From Octopus sinensis (lineage: Eukaryota), in the NCBI RefSeq assembly GCF_006345805.1, contig NC_043005.1, forward strand, positions 45,570,001-45,634,000: a stretch of DNA of 64,000 bases, read 5' to 3'. Under the pieces are notes generated by a model. It was not told the origin of the DNA and did not search any database. It worked only from the letters and a program-made list of their open reading frames with translations. Positions 11,831 to 24,859 of this stretch are shown here, piece after piece (position 1 is the stretch's first letter; each line of letters begins with the position of its first letter). The position numbers and the translations under genes are program-made.

Positions 11831-13560
11831 AAGTGTCGGAGCAACAATATTGCCTTTATTAACTTCGTTATCGATGGAAATTGGTTCTGATAGTGATCCA
11901 TTGAAGTTAAGACGAGCTTTCATATCACTATGAAGTTGCTTAAACAAGTTGACAAATTGAGGTGGACATCCAAGTTTACCAAGAATGGTCCAGAGAACGG
12001 TCCTATTAACAGTGTTGAAGGCTTTTGTTAAATTGACAAATGCCTGGTAAAGAGCCATTGATGTAAAGATGTTTGATGCATTTCACCTGGAGTTGACAAG
12101 CAGAAAAAAATCATGTCCATTGTGCCATGACTTGATCTAAAACCACACTGACTCTCTGGGGTGACAGAGGGGCATATCCACATTGTTGGCCAATTAAGTA
12201 AAAGTTTTGCAAAAACCTCACCGACTATTTTAAGCAGGCTTATACCTCTGTAATTGCTACACTCGGATTTGGATCCTTTTCCTTTGAACAATGAAATTGA
12301 AATGGCATCAACAAGAGCACCCAACCAGAGATCTGATATTAGATGGTGGATCTCCGCAGCAAGCCTAATAACCCCAGTGGAGAAGAATTTCAACAGGAAT
12401 GCTGTCAAGACCTCATACCTTCTCAGTATTTAATTCTTTATCTTTTTGATCTCATCTATAGTTGGATGTTCCATCAGCTTATGAATGATATCCTTTGGGG
12501 CAGATTACTGATGACATTTTCATCAATAACTGAAGGATTGTAAAAGAGATCAGTGAAGTGCTCAGTCCAATATTTCGTGATACCCTCATGATCCTTGAAG
12601 AAAAAGCAGCTGTCTTTATACTTGAGAGGTACCACAAATGAAGACCGAGGACCAAACACTTGTCTGATCAAGTCATATATTTTTTTCAGGTCTTTACTGT
12701 CATATGGTTTCTGGATTTTTTCAGAAATATATGACCACCATTTGTTTTTTTTTTCATTTGTTGTATATTTCTTTGGAGTGATGATTTTATTCTTTTGAGA
12801 GACTGTAGTAAGGGCTTTTTGTCATCTGGGGCACCAAGGTATTTTTTGTGCAATTTATTTTTATCTTCAAGAAGTTTATTGATCTCTTGATCATTTTCAT
12901 AAAACCAGTCCCGATGTTTTCTGTCTCTGAGACCACGAGCCTCAATTCCAACATTGTAAATAGTGGTCTTAAATTGAGCCCAAGTTCCATCAAATTCTGC
13001 TTCTCCAATAACATTTCTAAGATTTGCTTGCACCTCAGAGTCCCTTAATTTCAACACATCAATATGTTTAGGGACTTTTATTCCTCCAGATCTTATTCTA
13101 CGCATGATGCAGAGTTTCAATTTACTCCGTATGAGCATACGGTCAGTCCCACATTTTGCACCTTGCATGACTCGGACAGTACAAACATCTCAAAGGTCTC
13201 ATTTCCTGGAGATAAGGTAATCAAGAATAAGCCCATGTTTGGATCTTGAGTGCATCCAGGTAGCTTTATGGATATCCTTCTGATGAAAAACAGTGTTGAA
13301 GATGATGAAATCAAGTTCAGTGCAGAACTGAAGAAGACGGAGATCATTAGCATTCCTTTTGCCCAAACCATGTCTCCCTGTTGCATCCCAGGTCTCATAA
13401 TTGCATTGGAATCGCCAAAAAGGAGGATCTTATCTGCATTTGAAATCAAAATCATAACTGATCTGAGATCTTCATAGAAAGCCATAATAGATCCACTGCT
13501 GCTATTAAGAGTAGGAGCATAAACAGAGATAACAGTCATAAAACGATTGCCTGACAGAGG
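11830..13560 (-). mobile_element. Decayed RTE-clade (BovB-like) LINE: AP endonuclease plus N-terminal RT
   Basis: Frameshifted pieces: ISVYAPTL...KILLFGD (APE), GTDRMLIRSKLKL, SNYRGISLL...PESQCGFRS, AFVNLTKAFNTVNR...KLGCP, GNIVAPTLFS (RT). Truncated at both ends. Confidence 0.9.
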
Positions 13561-13570
13561 AGCTCGAAGA

Positions 13571-13602
13571 TATCAGGTTGGTGCAAAAGTAATGTCCGAT
13601 TT
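13571..13602 (+). mobile_element. Mariner-type terminal inverted repeat (single end)
   Basis: TA|TCAGGTTGGTGCAAAAGTAATGTCCGATTT, similar to the recalled Hsmar1/MADE1 TIR TTAGGTTGGTGCAAAAGTAATTGCGG. No partner end was found. Confidence 0.5.
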
Positions 13603-14018
13603 CTAGAAAATATGTTTCAGAGTAAATTTATCAATTTTTTAACCTCCTCTTATAGTTTTAAGATATCTCTGTGTCTAATTTGTACTATTTTCTTTCCGAT
13701 TGTCTAACTTCTGGCTATAATTCTCAGAAAATTTTACCACTATGTTTGTCCCATCTAAAGATCACATAAGAAATGTTTTACTCTACAGGTTTCATATAGG
13801 TGTTAATGCAAGTGCGGCAGCAGGATCTATACTTGTTTCAGTCATTGGACTGCAGCCATGCTGGGGTACTGCCTAGAAAGGTTTATTCGAATAAATCAAC
13901 CCCAGGACTTATTTTTTTTAAAGTTTGGTACCCATTCTATTGGTCATTAAATTGCTGGGACATAAACAAACTGACACCAGTTGTCAAGTGGTGTGGTGAG
14001 ACAAACACACAGACACAC

Positions 14019-14049
<31 letters not shown>

Positions 14050-14101
14050 TCACACACCACACACAAACGTGTGTGTATCTGTGTATATTTATATATATAG
14101 T

Positions 14102-14497
14102 GGAGGCGCAATGGCCCAGTGGTTAGGGCAGCGGACTCGCGGTCATAGGATCGCGGTTTCAATTCCCAGACCGGGCGTTGTGAGTGTTTATTGAGCGAAA
14201 ACACCTAAAGCTCCACGAGGCTCCGGCAGGGGATGGTGGTGATCCCTGCTGTACTCTTTCACCACAACTTTCTCTCACTCTTACTTCCTGTTTCTGTTGT
14301 ACCTGTATTTCAAAGGGCCGGCCTTGTCACTCTCTGTGTCACGCTGAATATCCCCGAGAACTATGTTAAGGGTACACGTGTCTGTGGAGTGCGCAGCCAC
14401 TTACACGTTAATTTCACGAGCAGGCTGTTCTGTTGATTCGGATCAACCGGAACCCTCGTCGTCGTAACCGACGGAGTGCTTTCAAAAAAAAAAAAAT
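14102..14497 (+). mobile_element. Full-length SINE type A with poly-A tail
   Basis: A box tggcccagtggttag, B box ggtttcaattcc, retained CpGs, ends gacggagtgctttc(A)n. Confidence 0.9.
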
Positions 14498-15044
14498 TTA
14501 TATATATCTATCTGTCTATCTATCTATCTATAGATAGATAGATCTATATCTATATTTATCTATATACATACATATATATTATATAAATATATGCCAACAA
14601 GTAAATATATATAACAAAATTATGCTTTTCAAGGATTCACAAGCATTAGAATGGATCCTCTAAAACATTGGTTCTCAACTTAGGCTCTCAGGTTCACATA
14701 TGACCCTCAAGCCTCCTTCCAGTGGCTCTTGATGGTCTTCCTTCTATGAATATTATAAATTTTTCTTCAACTGACTTGTGCTTAACTTTTTTCGGGATGC
14801 AGGCCCCTAAAAAAAAATCTAGGTTTTAGTTTGGGCTTGGATATTAAAAAGATTGAGACCCTCTGTCCTAAAACCTTTAAATATATTTTTTAAAATAGGC
14901 AATGCACCTCAGATGCAGTGTACCATTTCGGAGCCTTAGACTTAGAAGCCTTCTCTTTTGTTCAAAGGTTAGAAGGTAAATGTTTAAAAAAAATGTTAGG
15001 GTCTAAATAGGGTCTATTTAAAGCTGCATGTGGAATCCCTATCT

Positions 15045-15605
15045 TGCTCAGTATATCAGTCTCATGGAAACTGTTCAGAAACATGCAACTAGTCGAAGAC
15101 ACACTGTCAGGCATCTACCATACTCTGAATGTCTTGCTTCCCTGGGCATGAACACATTAAACCTCTGATGTTTAGCAACTGACTTGGTAGACAGCCGCAA
15201 GATTATCCACCATCTTTTCAACAACAGCCTTGTACACCTTTTTGAATTCTATATGTCTAACACTTGTGGACATACTTACAAAATCAAAGAAACAACACAA
15301 TACCTATGACTTTTGGAAACTTTTTCACACTCAGAATTGTGAAAGCACAGAATAAACAATCTACATTACTTATTAGCTGTTGGAACATTACATCCTTCAA
15401 AAACTCTTTCATGTTTCCTGAAATTCACAAACAGTATACCTGATGCCTTCCCACTAATCCTTTTTTTAAAATGATTCCTTCCTTGTTTAATTTCTGTACA
15501 TTATTCTATTTTCTGTTCATGCGCTTTTGACTGCCTTTTCAGATGTGTTGTAGTGTACCTGAGCAGTGTATACAATAAGTTCATTATTATTATAATTTTT
15601 TTTTT
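15045..15605 (+). mobile_element. CR1-like LINE 3' end
   Basis: METVQKHAT...HLPYSECLASLGMNTL...NTCGHTYKI resembles the CR1 C-terminus; (ATT)n tail. A second copy is at 25466-25960. Confidence 0.8.
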
Positions 15606-15624
15606 TAAGAGAAGTAAGTTTGAA

Positions 15625-16372
15625 GACCAGGTCATTCACTGCAACAGCAGAGAAGTTTGCTGCAAGCATCAAATACCATGGAAAATATTATAGTTGAATA
15701 AATCAGTTATTCAATGGTGAAATAGTTAAATCAGACTGCATAGCATTTCCGTAGTATCTCTTAAACATTACTAATATCACACTATCAGATAATAAAACCA
15801 GGATGTTGAGTGAGGAAAGAATTCCTTTTGCACCAAATTTAGATGGAAGTCTTTTAACAATAACATCAAATAAGCTCATTATCAATTCTCTTACATAGAT
15901 TGTGTAAAAGTAATAGAACCTACCTACTTGAAATGATTCATCAATTTGTGTTTAGTAAAGATTCCTTGGTTGCTATCTCAATTTACTTAGTGTATAGAAA
16001 ATGCAGTTACAGAGCTATATAATCTTCTTGAGATGCTACTCAATATATGGGACACCAATTGAACATAATGCTTTCACAATATTAAATTTGTATCTTATAT
16101 ACTTTGGTGTAGGCCAAACTAATCTATGAATTTCTCATTGAATATATATATTTATTAATCATGACATAATTCCTAACATCTTTAAAACCTGGCTCTTTTT
16201 ATCATCCTTCATACTGCTGCATATAAAAGTGCCTTGTGTCATCAAATGAGATATTTCTGTCTCAGTAAGACTACAACTTCTATAGTCCTTTGTTCTCCTT
16301 CCAATGCTGAATGCATAAATAAATATATACACACACATATATATATATATATATATAATATATATATATATA

Positions 16373-16415
<43 letters not shown>

Positions 16416-16479
16416 ATTATATATACATATATAATATATAAACACACACACTCATATACATACATACATATATACATAC

Positions 16480-16563
<84 letters not shown>

Positions 16564-16659
16564 ATATATATATATATAAACACACACACACTCATATACA
16601 TACATACATATATACATACATATATTATATATATATATATTATATATATATATACATAC

Positions 16660-16701
<42 letters not shown>

Positions 16702-17190
16702 TACATACATGCATGCATACATACTTATATACATATATACATATATATATTAATATATATGTGTGTGTGTGTACATATTCATTCTATCTTGTAGAGATTC
16801 TCATAGTTTTCTCAACAGCTTATTTACCATTCTTCCAGTAACCCTGCCATATATCTAATTCTCCTACTCCTGTTGTGACTCATGCTTGCTTTTTGGAATG
16901 ATAAAAATATAGTGCTGAATTGCTTGTCCTTGGGGGTAACACCTACATACAACCTAATAAATAAAATATGTAATGTAACTCATTCTATTCTTAACTTGAA
17001 ACATTTGGCACCGTCTTGCTGCAAGACTAGGAAGCTTGACAGTTTTCTTACCCTACATAATTGCCATATGCACACATGTTGCACTATTTTCTGAGGATAG
17101 ACCTTTCATAATTTAGCTTGGAATCTCCTTATTTTCCTTTATACTTATCATCATGTATCCATTTCTGCATTAATATATAAATACCATTTG
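15625..17190 (+). pseudogene. Possible decayed LRR ectodomain (Toll-like receptor-like), split by a TA microsatellite
   Basis: + strand pieces in order: DQVIHCNSRE..IPW (N-cap-like), LNITNITLSDNKTRML, PNLDGSLLTITSNKL, TPIEHNAFTILNL, IPNIFKTW, LNLKHL, IDLS*. Many stops and frameshifts. Confidence 0.4.
16320..16770. repeat. Compound (TA)n/(TACA)n microsatellite
   Basis: Direct inspection. The block aaacacacacactcatatacatacatacatatatacatacatatattat is duplicated near 16440 and 16580. Confidence 0.95.
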
Positions 17191-17490
17191 ACCAATAATA
17201 CACCCACACACATGTATACATACACACACACACACACACATAGTTTTTTTATTCTTTAATTTGCTTCAGTCATTAGACTGTGGCCATGCTGGAGCACCAC
17301 CTTGAAGGATTTTAGCTGAACAAATTGACCCCCAGTACTTATTGTTTAGGCCTAGTACTTATTCTGTCAGTCACATTTGCTGAACTGTTAAGTTACAGGG
17401 AAATAAACACATCAGCACCGGTTACCAAGCAGTGATGGTGGGGCCAAATACAAACACACATACATAGACATCTATCTATCTATCTATCTA

Positions 17491-17533
<43 letters not shown>

Positions 17534-17552
17534 CTATCTATCTATCTATCTT

Positions 17553-17597
<45 letters not shown>

Positions 17598-17631
<34 letters not shown>

Positions 17632-18177
17632 GGCTATATTGGATCTCTGAGCAAGGTGTAAACAGTAGCAATACGGAATTGTAACATATAATTGCAAACC
17701 AAGTGTGGGATCCTATACAGGACAGTACTACTGATATTTATAGCCCCAGGAAGACATCTCTTCCAGCAGGCTAACAGCACACATTCTGTGTCCAATTATT
17801 ATTTGCAAGGGAGGTCATTGCTCCCATTCCTAGTCGTACATGATATACACAGACTTGAGTTTCTGAGTAGGTACCCATCCTCAGCATGTGTTAATCATCA
17901 GCTAGTGATGAAAACTCACCCCACTCATAAAATATTATATACTTTTTCCAGCGCCGAATGTGTGTCACAGGTGTGTGAATATATGCCGAGTAGGGAGTTT
18001 GGAATGGGGTATCAGATAATTAATACCAGGAGATACATAAACAATGAATGTGTCCGAGTCCATTACATTACACAAGGGTAGAGGGCCGCAAAGTGGCCTG
18101 ATAGTGAGGCCGAAGGCCTTTAGGTGCCCTCCACAGAAGCTAACCTGAATGCCACCCAAAGGGCAGCTTCAACACTA

Positions 18178-18178
<1 letters not shown>
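17598..18178 (+). mobile_element. Non-autonomous Helitron-like element
   Basis: 3' end has hairpins aggcc-gaa-ggcct and gccacccaaagggcagc followed by CTAG|T (18175-18179). The 5' end lies in a TC/TA tract, so its position is approximate. Confidence 0.5.
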
Positions 18179-18220
<42 letters not shown>

Positions 18221-18274
18221 ATATATAGTATATATATATATATATTATATAAATATATATATACATATATATAT

Positions 18275-18309
<35 letters not shown>

Positions 18310-19026
18310 ATATATAATATATATATACATATATAATATATATATACATATATATATAATATATTATATATATATATATAATATAAATATACATATACAT
18401 ATATATATATTATATTATATATATATATATATATAATATATATATATATATAATATATATATATATCACATACATATATATATACATATGCATGTGTCAT
18501 TGTGCATATGTGTCTAACAAGCAGTTCAGCAAAAAAGAAAATGATAATTACTCAGATTGATTTGTTCGACCAAAATTCTTCAAGGTGGTTCCCCAGCATG
18601 GCTGCAGTCTAATGACTAAAAGAAAAATGCAAGATAAAAAGCATTCACAAGAAAATCAATTTTTTCCTCAATCGTGTATATAAAAATAACACATTGCTGC
18701 GGTGTCATTTTGTAATGGGGCAGATTTGTTTGACTAAAACTCTTCAAGGCAGTGCCCCAGCATGGCCACAGTCTAATGATGGAAAGAGATGAGGTGAAAG
18801 TGGCTGTGAAAATTGGGAACAATAGTGCACACCTGAATTTTTTGAGAAAGGATTCGATAGTCTGGTTTCACAACAATGCTGCAAATACATCGCGTGTGAT
18901 GTAGACTGTATTGAGTAATTGCTTCCCAACTACATGCTTATGGGTTCAGTTCTACTGCATGGCACCTTGGGCAAGTGTCGTCTACTATAGTCTCATGTGA
19001 GTGTATTTGACAGACAGAAACTGTCT

Positions 19027-19193
19027 AGGCGCAGGAGTGGCTGTGTGGTAAGTTGCTTGTTTACCAACCACATGGTTCCGGGTTCAGTCCCACTGCGTGG
19101 CACCTTGGGCAAGTGTCTTCTGCTTTAGCCTCGGGCCGACCAAAGCCTTGTGAGTGGATTTGGTAGACGGAAACTGAAAAGAAGCCCGTTGTA

Positions 19194-19235
<42 letters not shown>

Positions 19236-19465
19236 CATGTATGTGTTTGTGTGTCTGTGTTTGTCCCCCTAGCACTGCTTGACAACCGATGCTGGTGTGT
19301 TTATGTCCCCGTTACTTAGCGGTTCAGCAAAAGAGACCGATAGAATAAGTACTGGGCTTACAAAAGAATAAGTCCCGGGGTTGAGTTGCTCGATTAAAGG
19401 CAGTGCTCCAGCATGGCCACAGTCAAATGACTGGAACAAGTAAAAGAGTAAAGAGTAAAGAGTAA
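19027..19465 (+). mobile_element. Full-length SINE type B placed directly behind a truncated type B head
   Basis: Matches 7264-7657; tail (gtaaaaga)n. A degenerate head lies at about 18905-19025. Confidence 0.85.
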
Positions 19466-19539
19466 ACTGAAAGAAGTCCATCATGTGTGTGTGTGTTTTG
19501 AAAATCAGTACGTTTTCAATGGCTTTTCTTATAAGATTG

Positions 19540-19770
19540 ATAAAGGAAGTTGAGTTTAACCCTAGGCATTAAGAGCTGCTGTAGATGTTGAGTAGCACAG
19601 GAGGCTAATTCAGCCTCCTGTGCAGCCCTGAAATTTTCTGTTTTTGAGTTAGCTTGCAATGTCACAGATACCAAGCTAATATCAAGAACTTGCCCTTTCC
19701 TTTGAACAATAATGGTGCCTTGAAGAAGGAAGAATGGCTGCATGAGAAACTAGTGGATTCCATAAGAGTT
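19540..19770 (+). pseudogene. Possible decayed TIR remnant
   Basis: Frameshifted pieces EFNPR, SVFELAC, KNLPFPL...EEWLHEKLVDSI resemble RDFxPG / WCxFEL / FWEKL. Weak. Confidence 0.2.
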
Positions 19771-20059
19771 GCACATATCTACTATCCTTCATCTTTTACT
19801 TGTTTCAGTCATGTGGCCCATGCTGGGTTACCATCTTGAAGAACTTTTAGTGGAATGAATCGATTCTAGCATTTATTTTGTTTCAGGCCTGATACTTATC
19901 TTATCAGTCTCTTTTGCTGAACTGCTAAGTTATGAGGATGTAAACACACCAACACCACTTGTCAAGCAGTGGTGGGAGCCAAACACAGACAAAGACACAC
20001 ACACTGGTTATTTACTGTGCTTGAGAAGACATGTCAAGCTAAGTTAAATCATAGTCATG

Positions 20060-20430
20060 ACCAGTACTGGTGACACATAAAAAACACCTGTGCCAGTGAC
20101 ATAAAAGCTACCTGTGCCAGTGAAACATAAAAAAATACCTGTGCCGGTAGCATGTAAAAGGCACCTGTGCTGGTGATATGTAAAAGGCACTTGTGTAAGT
20201 GGCATGTAAAAGGTACTCATGCCGGTGACACGTAAAAGAGCATCTGTGCCGATGACATGTAACAGACACCCTGTATACTCTGTAAAGTGGTTGGCATTAG
20301 GAAGGGTATCCAGCCATAGAAACCAAGCCAAAACAGATGACTGGAGCCTGGTACAACACTCCAGCTTACAAGCACAGGTCAAACTGTCTAACCATGTCAG
20401 CATGGAAAACAGACATGATGATGATGACGT
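20060..20430 (+). mobile_element. SINE type D with about 8 tandem ~26-bp subrepeats
   Basis: Units such as tgtgccagtgacataaaagctacc, then ggttggcattaggaagggtatccagc and a (GAT)n tail. Confidence 0.7.
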
Positions 20431-20816
20431 AAAACTCATTTTTGCCAGCTGAATGGACTGGAGGAACATAAAATAAAGTGCCTTGCCCAAGGCCACAATG
20501 CCCTAGTGGTTGTCACATGCACAACCTTATGATCATGAACCAAATACTGTAACCACTAAGCCATGCACCTTCACAATTATACTGGGCTATAGAAACAGTT
20601 TGCGTTTTAATTTTTTAAATGTCACTTTTTGAAATAAAAGAATTATTACACATTTGGTATGACATAAAAATTGGTGTGAGTAATCTATAACACAGCATTT
20701 TTGTGAAATGCTTAGTTAAGCTGAATGGGAATGGTTGTGGCTTTAAGGTATGTGTGATGTTAGCCAATTTTCTTGTTTCCTTTAAAGGGCAAAGAAACAA
20801 TTTTAGTCACTCTTAC

Positions 20817-21616
20817 CTTTCTTAGAATTATTTGGTCATGTAAATGATGATGCAACAGTACACGAGACATTGTTAACTCTTTAATTATGGGATTAAATTT
20901 CGTGGCTATTCCAGTAATGATGTTAAATGTCTGCCATAAAATAAAATTGGTATTTTCTGCAAGTCATGTTGCCTTAACAAACTTGTCATATCTCAACAAA
21001 AGCAAATAGTTTCAGATATGGATGGAAGCACTCCGTCGGTTACAACGATGAGGGCTCCGGTTGATCCAAATCAATGGAACAGCCTGCTCGTGAAATTAAT
21101 GTGTAAGTGGCTGAGCCCTCCACAGACACGTGCACCCTTAACGTAGTTCTCGGGGATATTCAGCGTTACACAGAGAGTGACAAGGCCAGCCCCTTGAAAT
21201 ACAGGTACAACAGAAACAAGAAGTAAGAGAGAGAGAAAGTTGTGGTGAAAGAGTACAGCAGGGATCACCACCATCCCCTGCCAGAGCCTCATGGAGCTTT
21301 TAGGTGTTTTCGCTCAATAAACACTCACAACGCCCGGTCTGGGAATTGAAACCGTGATCCTATGACTGTGAGTCCGCTGCCCTAACCACTGGGCCATTGC
21401 GCCTCCACAAGTTTCAGATATGACATTCTTGAACAAAAGACAGACTGGTAAATAAAATTGCCTTCAGCAGTTAAGAGAAATGAAATTTTGAGTGGATATT
21501 TTTGATTTTTGCTTGTTCTGTTCGTTTAGGAAGGTGAAAACATTTCCTGCTTAAAATATCACACAAGGGAAACTCTCATCATTTACAAAGTGAAGGAACC
21601 TCACTTTGTGTGCATG

Positions 21617-21653
<37 letters not shown>

Positions 21654-22200
21654 AAAACATTAATTACTTTGAGGCTACTGTGAAATGAAAAGTGTTATTG
21701 TATTCTTTGAGACTGAATTCATTATTTGTTGAACAGCCTTACTACATGACTTTAGAACTGCCCATAGAGGCACAACCAGAAATGTCTATATTCTATCAAG
21801 TGAATTTGGAATTTTAAAGAAAATATAGCTAGAATAAAGTTATTTTTTAATGGAAATTTATTTTCTTGCAATTATTGATAAATTATATGCATTTTTATAA
21901 GCAAAAAATTATTGATTTCATAACAAGGAACAACAACTACAATGTAATCCTCATCTTGAATTTGCAACATGGCTCACCAAATGATGACAAATTGCAAGAG
22001 CTAAAACATTTCAGTGACCAGCTCACTTTAAGTCACGTAGATCTTGAGTTGATGAAAATAATAATAATTATTGCTAATTGAAATGAGAAATAAACACTTG
22101 TGTTATGTAATAAATTTTGATTTAATTAACAATGGTCAGTGACATAAATTATTAAAGCATATAAATAACTTCATTGCCAATAAATTTAAATTTAAAATTA
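20817..22200 (+). pseudogene. Possible decayed Toll-like receptor ectodomain (N-cap, LRRs, LRRCT), interrupted by a SINE
   Basis: WSCK**CNSTRDIVNSLIMGLNFVAIP (N-cap-like), ALTNLSYLNKS, NKIAFSS*EK* (21451-21483), KEQQLQCNPHLEFATWLTK (21925-21981, LRRCT-like), in the expected order. Confidence 0.45.
21021..21409 (-). mobile_element. Full-length SINE type A
   Basis: 13-bp TSD agtttcagatatg at 21008-21020 and 21410-21422; reverse complement of 14102-14497. Confidence 0.9.
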
Positions 22201-23318
22201 AAAGTAATATAAAGTAAAATCACTTAAAATTGTGCCTTTTCTGAACAGCCCTACTACATAATTCAGTACTGCTCATAGAGATACAGTCACAAGTGGATAT
22301 ATTTTACTGAATAATTTGTTTAAAACAAAGATCAATATGAAGTTATTTATAAAAAGCAAGTAATCCCTCCAACCCACATCCCACCAAGCCCTTCATTAGA
22401 AAACCGAAAAATTGTATTATTGTACAAACTTGTTTACTTTATTTTAAAATTGTAGTATTAATAATTCCAATATGAAAGTAGATTAATTGTCAATGAAATT
22501 ATGAAACCTGAAAGATTTATGTGTCTGTAAATTTTATTTTTTAATTGATATATAAAAACAATTAAAAAATATTTAATTCAATGGGACCAAAACTACGAAA
22601 TTCCTCATAGTGTCATTGATAAATTTTTCCTTACTTTAATGACACCAGTGACATATATTAAAAGTCCCCTTGTAGAAATATATTCATAAAAAGTATAGAA
22701 CTATATTGTCACCCACAAATTTGAGAAACAAACACTCATAATTTTTTTTTATTTTAGAATTTCATTGCATGAGACTGATACCATGAAATTCCTTGAATTG
22801 AGCTCTCTCATTTAAGCTTAATTAAGATAAAATTTCTTTTTAAAATAAAAAAAGTTAATTATACTTAAATCCAAATTTTTGCTTTATATGTTTTTTCATG
22901 ATATTTTACCTCACACCTTTTTTTATACAAATTTTTGTAGCATAGAACAAAAACTACGAAATTCCTCATGCTTTCTTCTATCATTTGAGCTAAGATATAT
23001 ATATATTTTGCTTTTAAAATAAAAAAAGTTATTTAGATCTAAACTTGATTGGAGTTGTTACTTACTCTCCCATAATGTTGCTATAAATTTTGATGTAAAC
23101 TTTTTTCTACTGGACCAAATCTCAATTTTTTATGCCAAAATGTAGCTAGATACTTAAAAAATGTTAACAGTTTTCAATTTGGTCAAGAACTGAATTAGCG
23201 ACAAAGTCTGAAAGAGGCTGCATGTGAGTAATCTACAACCTTAAGAATATTATTCAACTACTACAGTAGTTAAATGATACACACACACACACCACACACA
23301 CACACATATATATATATA

Positions 23319-23583
23319 TCTAGAAGATGCACAAAGTGACAGCACACCTTTGATGCAAGTCTGATGAAGTGCCATTCTACAGTCTAAAACCAAGAACGTT
23401 ATGCAAATTTATACATCAAATGTTTGCATAAACTGGCGTTGCAAGCAGAGTTGGTACAGAAACAATTGCAATGAATCATTAAAGATGAGTTAAAGAATTT
23501 TCTTTGTCTTATTGTCATTCAGATTATAATTCACCCTTCAGATTTGCATCAAAGGTGTGCTGTCAGATTGTGCATCTTCCAGA
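23319..23583. mobile_element. MITE-like element with ~46-bp terminal inverted repeats
   Basis: tctagaagatgcacaaagtgacagcacacctttgatgcaagtctga pairs with tcagatttgcatcaaaggtgtgctgtcagattgtgcatcttccaga (4 mismatches). Confidence 0.7.
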
Positions 23584-23899
23584 CATTTATTACTTTGAGG
23601 CTGCCGTGAAATAAGAAATATTACTGTATTCTTTGGGACTGAATTCATTATTTGGAGTGGCTGTGTGTGATAAGAAGCTTGTTTCCCAACCACATGGTTA
23701 CGGGTTCAGTCCCACTGCATAGCACCTTGGGCATGGGTCTTCTACTATAGCCTTGGGCCGACCGAAGCCTTGCGAGTGGATTTGGTAGACAAAAACTGCC
23801 AGCATGGAAAACAGACATTAAATGAGGATGATGGTGGTGGTGATGGTGGTGGTGGTGGTGATGATGGTGATGGTGGTGATGACGATGACGACATACACA

Positions 23900-24308
23900 C
23901 AGGGTGTTCAAAAAGTCTCTCTGCCATAAGCATTTTATTGCAAAATAAATATTTATAATATGTTATAAGACTACAAATGAATACATTAGACTATACAAGA
24001 CTTCAAAAAACTTTATAAGAGGTGTTGAAAGAGTCGTCCTTCATTTTCAGTACATAAGTTGACTCTTCTACATATGTTTTGAAATACATCTTGGAGAGTC
24101 TGATATGGTATGGAACGTGTGAATGTTATGATTGCATCTTTTTGCTCATTAATGATTTTCGAGTGATTCCTGGACACTGATCCTTTACTTGCTACCCAGA
24201 AAAAAAAAGTCTGGCAGTGTTAAATCAGGTGATCTTGGTGGCCAAAGTCCCTTCAAAATAATCTGTTACCCGAAAAACTCACTGCAGAGAAACCTTTTGG
24301 ATACTGTG
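23900..24308 (-). mobile_element. Internally deleted mariner-type transposon
   Basis: The minus strand encodes [14 protein letters not shown] (WPPxSPDLxPxDF motif). Degenerate TIRs CAGGGTGTTCAAAAAGTCTCTC and CACAGTATCCAAAAGGTTTCTC match at 16 of 22 positions. Confidence 0.75.
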
Positions 24309-24315
24309 TGTGTGC

Positions 24316-24373
<58 letters not shown>

Positions 24374-24378
24374 ATATA

Positions 24379-24467
<89 letters not shown>

Positions 24468-24652
24468 GTATGTATGTATTTGTGTCTTTGTTTATCCATC
24501 CATCATTGCTTGACAATCAATGTTGGTGTGTTTACATCCCTGTAACTTAGTGGTTCAGCAAAAGACACTGATAGAATAAGTACTAGGCTTATAAAAAATA
24601 AGTCCTGGAGTCAATTTGCTCGACTAAAGTAAAAGATTAAAGAAAAGAATAA

Positions 24653-24729
<77 letters not shown>

Positions 24730-24859
24730 GTCCTGGTATGTTGTAAAGGTAGGGTATTTCCAGAGAAGTGCTCAACCCAAATACTGGACTATCAACATTG
24801 TTGTGTTCCTGATCAATGCCGAATTCTTCAAGTGTAGAAAATCCTTGTTTCATGATAGC

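Noticed and set aside
14102-14180. tRNA gene
   Set aside because: The A and B boxes belong to a SINE head that continues into a repeated body and poly-A tail with no CCA-proximal acceptor stem; the same applies to the other SINE heads.
17052-17090. 39-bp minus-strand candidate exon KIVQHVCIWQLCR
   Set aside because: Too short to distinguish from chance; lies inside the LRR-like + strand stretch.
19585-19625. 12-bp-stem hairpin gcacaggaggct-aattc-agcctcctgtgc as a terminator or editing structure
   Set aside because: Short, with no supporting context; intrinsic terminators are not expected in this eukaryotic DNA.
19560-19737. Minus-strand open frame PFFLLQGTIIVQRKGQ...LLMPR as a next exon
   Set aside because: Weak donor (GTTAAA), no recognisable homology, and a competing weak TIR-like reading on the + strand.
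20817-20930. 114-bp minus-strand candidate exon (ttttatggcag|...AAG|gtaaga) encoding TFNIITGIATKFNPIIKELTMSRVLLHHHLHDQIILRK
   Set aside because: The splice signals are good, but I recognise no protein and could not build a phase-consistent multi-exon gene. The + strand of the same bases gives the LRR N-cap-like reading. Unresolved; spliced RNA-seq reads would decide.
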